A stretch of DNA of 63,730 nucleotides, filler included, from Rhabdomonas costata (GCA_019059605.1; 42 parts of 42 records of this genome joined end to end with filler, not necessarily neighbours in it); one strand, 5' to 3'. Positions 51,784-63,730 are shown, numbered from the whole stretch's first letter. Numbers and translations: made by a program. Notes: generated by a model not told the origin, from the sequence alone.

Positions 51784-52832
51784 CTGTTCCGGGCCTGCAT
51801 CAGCACCTCCCGAGTTATGCACACGTCCAGGAACACCAGGTGGTTGGCTGCGGTCAGGGTCAGTCCGGCCGCCGCACTCCTTTTGAAAACACACAACGGT
51901 TGGCCCGTAGGAAAAAACAGGTGTGCTTTCTGTGGTGAAATGGCCGCATTCTGACAGCACGACAGCACGACAGCACGACATACATCCAAGCAACAGTGTG
52001 TTCAAGCAGCCACAATGCCAGAAGAATCACGAACAACGAAAAATCACAAAGAAAACCACAGCAAAGTAGCTGGTGGTTGCCAACTCCGCACGGTCCCTGA
52101 ACGTTTGGAATACCGAATGGAGGCGGTGAAAACGTAGGCGTCGCCGCCCTCGCCTTGGAATCGCTTCAGGGCCTTGGAGCGGGCGGTCTGGGTCATGTCC
52201 CCCGTCAAAGACGAAAATGGAACCCCCGCCGTCGTTAGCACCTGCTGCAGCGCACGCTGCGTGGGCTGCCTGCCACGCCACCCACAAAACAAAGGGAGAG
52301 ATGGGGCATGGACAATTCGAAAGCACCAAATCGGGAAACTGCCCCGCACCCTGCCAAAGTCCTCAGGTCTCTGTGGAGACGTGCATTCTGTTCAGTCATT
52401 ATAAACATGGAAGACCCTAAAGGGAGAAAGAAAAACGATCGATTTCCCACGCGTTGGTAAAACTGGCAATGACATATTAATATTGAGGATCGTACACAAA
52501 CCAAACGACATGGCGGCGACTGAGACCGTAAAAAAAAAACGGACACAGCCGACAACTCCTGGCCCACTAAAATCCCCGGCTTACCACTGCGTAAACACCA
52601 CGATCTTCTCCCCAGGGTGTTGCTCTCGTACAGTCCGAAGGTGGACCAGCAAAGCCTCCATCTTGGAGTTATTGGGCTTTGCCTTCAGCGCCTGCAGGGC
52701 AGCCATGAACTCCTCTGGGTTGTCCGATGGCGCCGCGGATGAACTGCTGCTGCTGCTAGAACTCGAAGACGAGCTGCTGGAGGAGGAGGAGGCAGAGCTT
52801 TCACTGGAGACGGTGATCACCCGCTTGTCGTC
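51784..52832 (-). CDS. RAD5/RAD16-like SNF2 helicase C-terminal domain, exons 52832-52585, 52269-52114, 51879-51784
   Basis: SKMEALL..EKIVVFTQW, LTGDMTQTARSKALKRF, SIRSAAAGLTLTAANHLVFLD..QARNR; in-phase GT-AG introns. Confidence 0.9.
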
Positions 52833-53196
52833 CTTAGGAGAGGTGCGCACCGAACCAAACAAAACACCACCGAAATCCGTTCCATGTCTTTTTAACAAGC
52901 ATGCCCGCACAGGCGGGGTGCCACCACTTCACTGACACAGAAACAGTCCAAAGAATGAGCAGATATTTTGTAAAAGCAGTGCCGGACCGGAAGGAAAGAA
53001 GAAAGCAAAAGGCAAGAGCATTGAATTGCATTGAATCACAATACAATTGAAGACGGCAGTCTCGCACAGCGCTTATCACAAAAGCTACCACCACCCNNNN
53101 NNNNNNNNNNNNNNNNNNNNNNNNNNNNNNNNNNNNNNNNTTAATTAATTAANNNNNNNNNNNNNNNNNNNNNNNNNNNNNNNNNNNNNNNNNNNN

Positions 53197-54060
53197 TGTT
53201 TTGGTGGCCTGGCTGGTGGCCAAGCCCGTGGCCGGGGTGCTGGACTTCACCGCGAAGGCCACGCAGGGCGTCATGAGCCACACCCGCGACGGGGCTAACC
53301 GCAGCAGGTGAGAGTGCAGGGGGTTGCGCACCTTGGCAGTCTCCTCAGCGGGAGAGGGGAGGGCGGTGCTTCTTCACCACTCTCCCTTCTTGACGGCTCT
53401 CTCTCACAACGTCAACCAAGTGACGCCTTTTGTTTATCCTATTCTGAAGATCAAAAATCCCGTCTCAGTCTCTCTTGTTGACGGGAGGGGGGGGGACAGC
53501 TGCAATGCTGTGGCGTACTGTAACGTTTCCAGATACTGCGCAGTCAGAGTTATTTGTAAAATATTTGCGGTGCAGAGACGCTTTGTCGAGCGGAAAGGGG
53601 GCATGGGAGAGAATTTTCTGCTCGGGGACTCTCAGCTCGCCGCCGGACACAAACAGCTGCAGTGGCGGCAAGCTCCGTGGCCGTCGCCCTTGTTGCTCAT
53701 CTTGCAGAGCGAGTGATCCTTGTGGGGCTCAGACGTAACAAGCAGTCTCAGGTCTTCGCCGCGCTGTGCCGGCTTATTTCACAAACAACTGTATCCAATT
53801 TCTTTTAGTGGACTTAGTGGTGCGTTGCCTCTCTCATGGCTGATTGACTGACGGTGTGGACGGGTCTTTTTAGCTGTGCTTCTCATGCTCAGCCAATCCG
53901 AATCAGCTGCCAGCGCCGAGGGGCGCGCCCTCCTGCTGTGGTCTTCACGGAGCCCGTGAATCCCTGTCTTCCCTGTGCGATTGAGGAACGGACTTTTTGC
54001 CCAACGCTCGCTCCGCCAGAACTCTGCGCGCACCTCACGCAAGCTGAGTCTGCCAAAGAG
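53197..54060 (+). CDS. VPS13/ATG2-type C-terminal region, exons ~53197-53307 and 53907-54060
   Basis: GLVAKPVAGVLDFTAKATQGV (ATG_C-like helix), spliced in phase to ..RGARPPAVVF. Confidence 0.7.
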
Positions 54061-56522
54061 GTGCGCCGAAGCCCAGCCCCGCATTATTTCTCCCCTTCAA
54101 TCATTTTCCTTGCTTCTTCTCGTGACCCTGATCACTGCTTACGATTAACCTTTGCAGGATGTGCTTTCGGAATTTTCATAGCAATAGTATGCTCTGCTCC
54201 AAAACTTGTTTGTTTTTATCATAGGTTCAGTTTTCAACCAGCGCCTCTGTGAGCCCGAGAGTGAACCTGTACCTCTCTCTGAAGTGTAACCCTGGCGTGC
54301 AGCAAGAGCGATTGCTGCAATTCCTTCGAAACCTTCCTGCAGGCCCAGACAAGGGTACCTCCTGCCGTTGAGCTTGTCCGAAATGTCACAACACAACAAG
54401 CAATACGTTTTGGAAACAGACCAGGGCATTGAGTTTGGGCACTGAAGTCACAAATTTAACTTGTTAAAAACATTCTGATGTCCTGTTTTCTGATTCTGAT
54501 GGCCTGTAAAAGCGCTTCATTTTGGAACGCAAATAAGCCCGGTTGGTGGCTTATTATTGGCAGAAAGAGTCATCTCTGACATTTGCAAAACTGGGACAAT
54601 TTTCTCCCCAAAAACNNNNNNNNNNNNNNNNNNNNNNNNNNNNNNNNNNNNNNNNNNNNTTAATTAATTAANNNNNNNNNNNNNNNNNNNNNNNNNNNNN
54701 NNNNNNNNNNNNNNNGTGTGGGTGTGTTTGGGTGGGGGGTGGAGGGGGTGCAAAACGCTGACCCAAAAGCTGTGAAGAAGAGCGAAACAGTACAGAATAC
54801 ATTACATGCTATGCACTGCATTAAAAATCTTCCCCTCCTGTCTGACCACTTAGAATCTTTGGTTAGGGATTCCGAACGTTTACGAAAAAAGGGTTTGGTT
54901 GTTGCAATGAGTCTCAAAATACCAGTTCACGCTCCAGAGGAAGTACCCTTGCAACTCTTTTGTCACAATCACCAAGGGAAGATCTACAGAAGCACTTTAA
55001 AACAGCAAACAAACACCGTTTATTTTTATTTTTAAAAGACGTGAACCGGTTCATGATGAAACCGTGCATGATGCAAGCGAAAACGTGCCTGTCCGCAGAA
55101 ACAAAGACCATGTCAAGCCACATGTTATTACAACTTGGCATCACTTGCCCAAGCGGCATAAATGGAAGCATTACTTCGGGGGTCACAACATGCGCCAGCG
55201 GCGTCGTACAAGGTCGTCACAACCTTGCAGTTGGCGGAAGAAACATTCACACACACAGAAACAGAGAAAGAATGAGTGAGAGAGTGAGAGAACAACCAAC
55301 CACGCAAGCAAGCAAGAGACCTCCGCAGCGGAGGTGCCAAATCCACACATCGGGGAGCTACAGCGGGCCACCCCGGCGTGCAGCAAGCGCTGGCGGAAAC
55401 CAAACGCACACGCACACAGCACACAGCACACGCCAACGTCAGCGCCCGCCAGGCAGACCGTCCCCCCGACGAGGGGGCAAACGGGGACTGCCCAGCGACG
55501 AAGCGACCAAAAAAATGTGGGCGGTGGTTCCCGGCAAAGCGAGCAGAGCCCGCAGATCCAGACAAATCGATGAGGACGCTTCCTTGCTCGGGGGAGAAGA
55601 CTTCCCCCTCCGTTTCACACCCAACACAACGAGAGCAGAAGGAGCTCTGAAACGCTCCCTCTACCCGCTCTCACCGACCAAAAATAAAGGGAACGTCCCC
55701 TTCCTCCATGCCCAGCGGGAAGACACTTTTCGGCGAGAGAAGTCACAGTGGCCTCCTGCCGTATTTACAGTGGTCACTCACCACAGACCAGCGACCACGT
55801 ACTGTACACGCGCGTTCCGCACTCGCCTGAGAAGCTGCACACCCACACTCCAACCATTGCCGGATGGTGAACAAGGCAGCCCCCCGTATTTACACATGAG
55901 TGCGCTTGACCTCCGCTGAAACAAACAGCCACAGCAGCACCGCAACAGCAGAAAACTGCAACAACTCAGAAGCAGAAGTTGCCGTGAACGAAATGGGAAG
56001 GCCAGTCCAGCCAGTCCTAAGGGGGCAAAACCTGAGGACTGCGCCAGGCGGAGGAAGGAGAGGAAACACAAAACCAAAGGATGGCCTAAGAAGGAACTCA
56101 GGCGAGCGGGAAAAGCAGGAGACAGCGTGCAAAGNNNNNNNNNNNNNNNNNNNNNNNNNNNNNNNNNNNNNNNNNNNNTTAATTAATTAANNNNNNNNNN
56201 NNNNNNNNNNNNNNNNNNNNNNNNNNNNNNNNNNTGCGTTTTAACGACGTCAAACGGTTTCTTGATGTTAAAACGTTTCCAACGACAAACGATAAGGTTC
56301 AAAACCATGCTGGTAGGATCGGCCACCAGAAAACCACCACCAGAAACCCCCCCTCATGTGTCGCTTTCGAGGCGCACTATAAAAAACTCCCCCTATCCCC
56401 CCCGCGGCCTGCCCCGGCCGCGCCGCAGGCCTGCCTCTAAAATAACTTTGTCCCGTTTGTGTGGTATCTCCTGGGAACAGAAGTGTCGGAGCCACGACGG
56501 GAAGCAAAAGGCCTCGGGGCAC

Positions 56523-56757
56523 CTCCAGGAGGTAGCCCGCCTTCGTTTTGACATTCAGGCCGGTGATGTCTTCGACCTTCAACCCACGGACAAAGATCAG
56601 CACGTCTTTGGAGTAGGCTGGGGGGGCTTCGCCCTTGCTGTCCCGGAGTAAAGTTCCCCGAGAGCTGAACACCTCCAGCGCGGGGGAGTTCATGGAGCTG
56701 TAGTCTACCTCGAAGGGCAGGTTGAAGGTGAACGAGACCTCATCCGCCTCCTCAAAC
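56523..56757 (-). CDS. Internal exon of DUF3754/TMEM143-like protein
   Basis: FTFNLPFEVDYSSM..PPAYSKDVLIFVRG..ITGLNVKTKAGYLL resembles the family pattern LNLPIxVD..LPxF..LIFxRG..K. CAG and GT boundaries. Confidence 0.6.
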
Positions 56758-57397
56758 CTGCGGGAGTCCGCGTATACTCCCACATAACCCTTCTTCTTTG
56801 CGGGGTGCGAGCGCATGCACGGAACAGACAGCCGAGCATGACGTTTGTCCAAAAGGGAGGGGTATGACATATTTCGGGGGGGGGGGATTTCTTTGATGTG
56901 ATGTCTTGATGTCTTTTGTTGTTTTGGGGCACGAAGGGCAACTAGCTCGGCCCAACGTGCTGAAGGGTGGTAGTATTCCCTAGGGTCGTGTTCCCAAGGA
57001 GAAGTTATTGGTGTGCAACTGTCCACAGGGCATCCAAGTACGAGTAGTTAGATGGGTAAAGCACTACCCGATGTTGGTGTAAATGAAGAATTGGAATGGC
57101 AGCGGCTGTTACGGTGATGGTAGAAGGCACCGGAGAAGCAGCAACCGTTCTTGCCACTTCAGCCAAACCGAGACCGTCGTACCTACCTAGCAACCTAGCG
57201 TGCCGTGATAACCCCACTTTTAAATCGCGTTTAGTCAGTTTCGCAACAAATTTGGGAGGTTCGTTTCTTTCCGGTGGGTTCAAAAAATGCTTCGAGTTTT
57301 CCACTGGGCCCTGAATCGTACGGGCTTCAATCTAGACGGGAGGTGGGCGTTGTGGGGTGGGCGCCTGTTTGCCAAACACAACTTTTCCTCACAAAAG

Positions 57398-57653
57398 GTA
57401 TGGTACAGTTACGACGGGATATACTGGGTTTTGGCCACCTACCCGGCCGCCTTTGCGCCCCGCGCCTGCATGGGCCTCGTGGCGTTCGACGGGATGCTCA
57501 TTGTTCTCGGAGGCCAGAACAGCACCGGCGGGGCGCTACAGGACAGCTGGAGCTCCTTCGATGGGGTCACCTGGCAGTCCGGGGGCCAGTCACCCGCGCC
57601 CGTTTTTGGGATGGCCATGGCGGCTCTGGGAGCCACACTGCTCACCACCAACC
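57398..57653 (+). CDS. Internal exon with kelch-like / WxSxDGxxW beta-propeller repeats
   Basis: VWYSYDGIYW..APRACMGLVAFDGMLIVLGG..QDSWSSFDGVTW; AAG acceptor at 57397. Confidence 0.8.
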
Positions 57654-58760
57654 NNNNNNNNNNNNNNNNNNNNNNNNNNNNNNNNNNNNNNNNNNNNTTA
57701 ATTAATTAANNNNNNNNNNNNNNNNNNNNNNNNNNNNNNNNNNNNNNNNNNNNTGTTTGTGGGCTGCCAGCTTCCGCGAGAAGAGGTGGAGCTGCTGCGG
57801 CGGGCCAGCGAGGGGGCGGTGCCTGACGGCAGCCCCGATGCCGTGAGGGCCGCCGCAGTGCAAGTGCATCCCCACCGCCACTGTACCTGGGCCACCGCAG
57901 AGCTGAGCCTTAAGCCCGACGGTGTGACGGGCCCGTTTGGGGGGGTTGATGGTGGATTGTCCGGATGGAATCCCCGGGTAGACAGCAAGGTTGGGCGAGG
58001 GAGGGCTTTTCTTGTGAGCTGCAGTATCCCGACCGGGGATATTGGACCACCCTTTTCTGCTGCACCGAAGCGCCCTGGAAGAATCGTCGGATTTTTATCC
58101 GCGCCAACTGAACTTCGCATCTTAAGGAGAAAATACGTGCACGGAAACAAAGTTAGCAAAGCGTTCACCGGGAAGGTGAGCGGTTGGAAAAACCCACTCT
58201 CATAGAAGAGAGCACGGAAAGGGCGAAACCCTGAACCACAGCTCACAGCTTGCACGCGCACCCAGTACCTACCGATGCTATTCTTCCTACATGATGTGGG
58301 CCCGACCACTGGTCCAGGTTGGGAGCGGGGCAGCATAAGTTCGCTGGATGCAGATGGGTGCTGCTGGAATGTGTCGCCCTGGGGGATTTCATGTGGACCC
58401 TCCCTCTTGTCCCCTATCTTTTGTCCGGTTCCTCCTTCCTCGGGCTCTGTGCAACACCTTTGGGACGCCCGAGTCGTGATTCACCCAATGCGATTTGAGA
58501 TTCCCCTCTCCATGCGAACCGTGACACGGTATGAATCTCAGGGGGGCTGAGCAGGGCAAGGGGGAGATGATCGCTTCACCAAAACCGATTCTTACCAAAA
58601 CTCGAAGAATCTCAAGAAATATCAACTGCTTCAGAATTTTTCGGAAAAATTCGATTTGTTAGTCACAAATTTTTTTTTAAAGGAATACTGGAACATCGCT
58701 GGCAGCGCTTGCTTTTGGGTGAGACACCCAAACCCTTCTCCCCGTTCTGGCTCTCCATAG

Positions 58761-58928
58761 GTGGTTGGCTGTATGGTGGGGCTTGGGATACCGTCCCCGT
58801 GTCTGAGCTCCGCTCTGGCCTTCTTCGACGGGCTCCGGTGTGGCCGGCTGCCTGCTAGCCTGCTGCAGGCCCAGCGAGACTTCTTCGGGGCCCACCGCTA
58901 CGAGAGGATCGATTCGCCTTCCGGGAAG
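58761..58928 (+). CDS. gnd: 6-phosphogluconate dehydrogenase, near-terminal exon
   Basis: GIPSPCLSSALAFFDG..LPASLLQAQRDFFGAHRYERID; TAG acceptor at 58760. Confidence 0.95.
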
Positions 58929-59461
58929 GCATGTTACTCCTGCTGCCCTCCACCTCCACACACACATATACCAGGGCCCTGCTAAAACACTATTCACCCT
59001 CACCGCCTGTTATAACTGCACACAGTTTGGCGTTTTTTCACTCACGGAGTGTCTTCGGATCAACGTCAACCCTCAAACCCTCATCTTGATTGGCAAACTT
59101 TCACTTGAACCACCAAACCCGGAATTCCGGGTTTAATATTTCGGGTAACCCGCAGGGGGGGAGGAAGAGGCGNNNNNNNNNNNNNNNNNNNNNNNNNNNN
59201 NNNNNNNNNNNNNNNNTTAATTAATTAANNNNNNNNNNNNNNNNNNNNNNNNNNNNNNNNNNNNNNNNNNNNGGGTTTGGTTCACTGGGAACACGTTTTT
59301 TGCCGGGGATGCCATGAGATGGGGTCGTGTTGTGACTACCACCGACTTCGAGAAGCTGCACCGTTCAAGTCACAACACGACCCCATCTCATGGCATCCCC
59401 GGCAAAAAACGTGTTCCCAGTGAGCCAAAACCGAAAAGCATTCAAAAAAGCTGACGGCAAC

Positions 59462-60200
59462 CTGAGAGGCCTCCTGAAGGATCGGCCACACCACGGACCA
59501 CGAGCCCATGAAGTTCACCCCGGGGTAGTATCGTAGGTGCAGCACCCGTCCCGGGACCTGCAGGGTGAGCTCTGGGTCGGGCGTGGGATGGCAGGACAAG
59601 ATGTACTCCGCGGAGTAGCTGTCCACGGCCGCATTGAGGTCGCTGGCGAGCTGGTTCAGCGTCGTCCGGGAGCTCCTGTGCCCAAGTTATTACTTTGCAG
59701 TCAGGGCGGTCGGGAGCAGAGTCGCAGTCATTTCGCGACAGACTAGGGAACATTGTGGTGTGGATGGGAAGTTCATGTTGGGGATTGCACAGCCGCTTCC
59801 GCCCTCCGCTCAGAGGTGAGTGCCCTTTGATTCCACTGGGGTCCAACTCGTTGAACTCGAATCCAACTTTGATGACGCACACATTGCATGCAGGAGCCTT
59901 CACAATGAGCACTGCCGCTCTGGTACTGTGCGGTTCTGGGCGATCCAGAGGAAGCGGGATGTCGCTTTCACAGATTCAGGGCTAGCAGCGAGAAATCCCT
60001 CGAAGGCGAACCCACACATCGCCTGCACAAGCGCGCACACACCGTGGGACAAAGTCGTTGTCCAGCACGACACAGGTGACGTATTCCCGGCACTGCTGGG
60101 CCAGTCCTAAGCTGAGAATTGGGGGGCAGGCCACGGCAAAGCACCGCAACTCGTGGCCCCCCCGCGAGAGTTCCGCAGCCCACTCCGCACTCTCCGTCAT
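59462..60200 (-). CDS. Class 3 (DAG-lipase-like) lipase, exons 60200-60043 and 59675-59462
   Basis: LRCFAVACPPILSLGLA..YVTCVVLDNDFVPR spliced in phase to SS..LQVPGRVLHL. Confidence 0.85.
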
Positions 60201-63200
60201 CTGCAGCGCCAGCAGAACTGACACCGCTATTTTTTTCAAAAAAAAAACACTCGACCGCACCGAAAAGGAGAACGGCACTGGGTTTTTTGTGGCGATGCGT
60301 CCAAGTGATATGGTACCAAACAAAGCAGAAGAGGTGAAGGTATGCGGTAACCGCCAACCGAAGACCTCAAGTTACAAAGGACAAGGAGGGAAAGGGCAAG
60401 ATTTTCCCCTTTTGTGCACCTCGGTGGTGCCAAAGGAGGACAGAGCCTGGGACGCTCCATGCACATTTCTAATTTCATACCCTCCAGGTTCAATAGCGCC
60501 ATCCATTGAACATCACCACACGCTTAACGCCCCCGCACTATACAACAGCTCGTGAGACTCTCATGACGACAATCTCGACCCCGTTCCCCTTCCCACAGCG
60601 GGTGTCCATAACATGATGCTCTCAAAAGCGCCGGCGGCTCCGTTCAGCATATGGCTAGCTTCCTTCAGCAAAACCAGGTTATGCACCGTTTNNNNNNNNN
60701 NNNNNNNNNNNNNNNNNNNNNNNNNNNNNNNNNNNTTAATTAATTAANNNNNNNNNNNNNNNNNNNNNNNNNNNNNNNNNNNNNNNNNNNNATCGTGTTT
60801 GTCGTATTAAGAGGTAAATATTGTCATATTGCTGTTGAAGGCAAGGGAAAGAAAGAGAAAAATATTTGTTAAGTTGTTTTACAATTGACTCAGTTTGAAA
60901 CCAAAGCTGATACATCCACCTAATTTTGTTCGTTGGCCAACGGTCCGCTAAACTGAGGAGCATAGGAGCAGAAGTAGCGGGCTTGGGGTAAAACCAATAC
61001 CAGTGACAAATATCATATGAATATCTTAGCAGCGGTCTGTGCTGTCTGAGACCACAGGGCAGGCAACAGCAAAAATGTGCACACAAGCGTGACCACTGGA
61101 ACACAATGAATACAGCGGACGGGCGAATCAAACACGTCGGTGTGGGGAGGAAGCGCTAAGGAGAGAACTGATCCTTCGGAGGGGTCAAAAGGGCCCAGCA
61201 CCCGCACACAGAGAGGAGGAAATGTGTTGGAGCAATCTAACACACTACGGTAGAAGGCTAATCCGCAGCTTCCCAGCCGCTCAGCCATGCCGGCTAAGTC
61301 ACGCAGCCGACCTACTCCCAGCGGCATTGGTGCAACAACATTCCCCCGGGATTGCAAACAAGTCAATATAAGGATGGTAACGGCGCTGATGACAAATCGT
61401 TTGTACCAAAGGATGCGCAAATCTGGAAAGGAAGCTGAGACCTCGCTTCCAACGATGTTTGCGGTGAAAATTGCGATAGCAGGAGTCAGCATTCTTGAAA
61501 AGGAGACAACAATACTGGTACTCAAAAAGTGTCCCGCCATTGATTCCGCATCTGTAGTATGGAGCTTGGTGGGACTACCAGGGGTTCCATATGGAGATGT
61601 TTCAATGGCTCATGTTGTAATTCCGGAGTAACGATCAGTGTAATGTCATGACAGTTTGGGGTGTTGGCGAGAAGGTAGGAACCATTTGATAGTGGTGGGG
61701 TCCGGTGCGTGGTGGAGTTAAAGTAGTGCCATTGCTACTGCTCTGATGTGCTTCAAGTTTGTCTCCATGTGGAGGTTCAAAGGCGAAGTGTTTGTCTATG
61801 GCATCGGCCACTTCGTCATATTGATGAAGTGCGAAAGCTCTTGGTGATGTGCGTATGTGGACCGTTGTACTGCAGATCTTTTTAAGTGCTCTGTAATCAA
61901 GTTGTCAAGTTGTCTTTCATGTCCCATAGTAGGACGCTAGAGCGGTATTGGAAGACGGAGGAAGTGATCAGCCCGCTGCCAAAACTTCGTCCAACTGATA
62001 TTGATGGGTAATTTGGTACTGGCGGTGGGAATTAGCGGCGAATTGGAAATTATATTTGTGGCGCTCTGCTTCTTTCCCAACTACCTGCCTTGGGGGTGGT
62101 CAATTTCCAAGAGTTGTTTTGGGGGTGGAGTCAGGGTTGCACCGACTTCAAAGTTCAATGTGGGGGTGCTCAGTGTTCAAATCAATTCAATTCTTTGCTC
62201 ACACACCCACNNNNNNNNNNNNNNNNNNNNNNNNNNNNNNNNNNNNNNNNNNNNTTAATTAATTAANNNNNNNNNNNNNNNNNNNNNNNNNNNNNNNNNN
62301 NNNNNNNNNNACTCGCAAGGTTGTAGTATATCGCTTCCTTTTTTCGGCGTCACATTGCGACGGTTTACTCAACCTTTTGACCCTTGAGGGGTGGTGGATA
62401 AACCACTGTTGAAGGTGCTGGCATCTCATGTGGTAAATTTTGGTATGGAGCCTTTCGTATAGAAGAATTGGGAATTTGGTTGTGTTGTAGTATTGTATCA
62501 TATACTGCCGTTGAGGTGACAGTCCCGGTTGAGGTCGCATTGCACGCTGGTAAATCCTGAAGGAAAAGCGGAGCAATATCTCAACCATGGTGTCCAATGT
62601 ATTCTTGTTCTTCTGTTCTTTTCAACCTGCCCACTTGATTATGCGGTTTGGTGGAACATGGGCGACAACGCGCACTGCGAACACTAAATTGGAGAGCAAA
62701 TGGGCAGCGCACGACTTTCTTCGATTGGCTTAATGGGGCGCTGTTAAAATAATCCACCAGAAGACAGTTGACCGCAGATTTTCCCCTTTGTCCTTCATGT
62801 AAAGTGGTTGCCGGAAAGTCTACGAAGGATTTGAAAATGTGGTCCCAGCCCTAGCGGTAATTGAGGGCATCGGGGGCCACTGATAATATTTTCGGTTTGC
62901 AAACGGATCCTTTAAAGGAACCGGATCAACCAGTTGGCAGGTTGCATGGCGCGTTCGGACAAGGCAACACATGCTCAACCCCCTGGAAGGGATGCGGTCC
63001 CAAAGCGGTTATGGACAAATATTTCCGGCGGCGCTTCCCATTCACGCGCGCATCTTCCATTGCGCCGCACTGGAAAATATGTATTTCAGAACATGGATAT
63101 GGAACAGCCTTTTTGTAAAGGTGGGTTGGGTTGGGTGGGGCGGGAGCGCCCTGACCTCCAATCTCGCGCACCACTTTTTGGGAAAGGATCGATCGCTTCT

Positions 63201-63730
63201 TGAACCCCCGGTGAAAAACAGCACAAATCCCATTCCTGATCTTTATTTTTCTTCAAAATGCAGGTCCCCACTCCGATTTACAGGAGCTAATAAGGGGTGA
63301 AGTGCTTATCCACGGCTTGCTTTTGGTGAGCCAACCCATTTGAATCAGCCAGAGGAAACCACTGTGCTTGCTCCGGCTGCCGTTTTCCCGCCGCCTTCGA
63401 AATTCAAATGTGCCCGCCGCTGGTTCTGTCATTAGTTCCATACCCCCCCCCATGAACGCCCTCCTGTTTTTGAAAATCACAATGCCTTTGTGACATTCGG
63501 CAGTTTCAGCCAGCACGATGGCTGCAATTCACGATCTCTCTCTCTTACCCCATCATCATCAAGAACTTCGCTTCGGTGTAGACCCACGGTTGTATTGTTG
63601 CTTTTGTTGCCTCGTCTTCCTCCACAAAGCTCTGCAAAACCGAAACGCACAACGAATGGTGCGGAGATGCGGTTCGCTGTTCGCCCCAGTGAGTGGAAGG
63701 AAGGAAGGAAGGAGGCAGAGAGCAGCAGAG

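Noticed and set aside
54960-55919. 319-aa ORF
   Set aside because: Runs through CA/GA low-complexity sequence that looks like minus-strand intron; no domain motif.
1422-62310. Regularly spaced identical TTAATTAATTAA units resembling a CRISPR-like or periodic array
   Set aside because: Always flanked by exactly 44 N on each side. It is a synthetic stop-codon linker, and the ~1,520-nt period reflects length-sorted contigs.
60792-63730. Stop-riddled coding-like DNA (also 16930-17560, 19200-19665, 50700-51577) as decayed LINEs
   Set aside because: Only isolated hints (GGLG near 50740, CPMC near 17310) and no ordered motif series. Left unassigned.
1-63730. tRNA, rRNA, spliced-leader RNA genes, operons or defence islands
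   Set aside because: None recognised by eye. Gene neighbourhood across linkers is artificial, so no operon-like system can be claimed.

Overview
This window is not one locus. It is 42 unrelated contigs of about 1,419-1,421 bp, joined by an identical synthetic 100-nt linker (N44-TTAATTAATTAA-N44). Many contigs start with G/T-only bases and end with A/C-only bases, and four carry terminal fold-backs. That pattern suggests random-primed whole-genome amplification, probably of a single cell. The DNA is from an intron-rich eukaryote with short GC-rich exons and spliceosomal GT(GC)-AG introns. Gene content is compatible with a euglenozoan or euglenid-like protist (inference). Recognisable exon fragments: NEK-like and STE-like kinases, histidine-kinase HisKA and receiver domains, a cold-shock domain, a PI-PLC EF-hand, kinesin, a Tubby-like domain, two adenylate-cyclase types, SepSecS, a SOS1-like Na+/H+ antiporter, a RAD5-like SNF2 helicase, VPS13, DUF3754/TMEM143, a kelch-like repeat, 6PGD and a class-3 lipase. 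Decayed mobile elements: a CRE/SLACS-type LINE, a Merlin/IS1016 transposase, a Ty3/gypsy integrase and a Polinton/virophage-type integrase. The most notable signal is at 27709-28783: an intronless, frameshifted island with a Mimiviridae-type early-promoter motif (AAAATTGA) in an AT-rich spacer, flanked by two Nanos-like CCHC zinc-finger genes. It is a candidate giant-virus insertion. No multi-gene system can be inferred across linkers. All calls come from motif recognition by eye; no searches were run.
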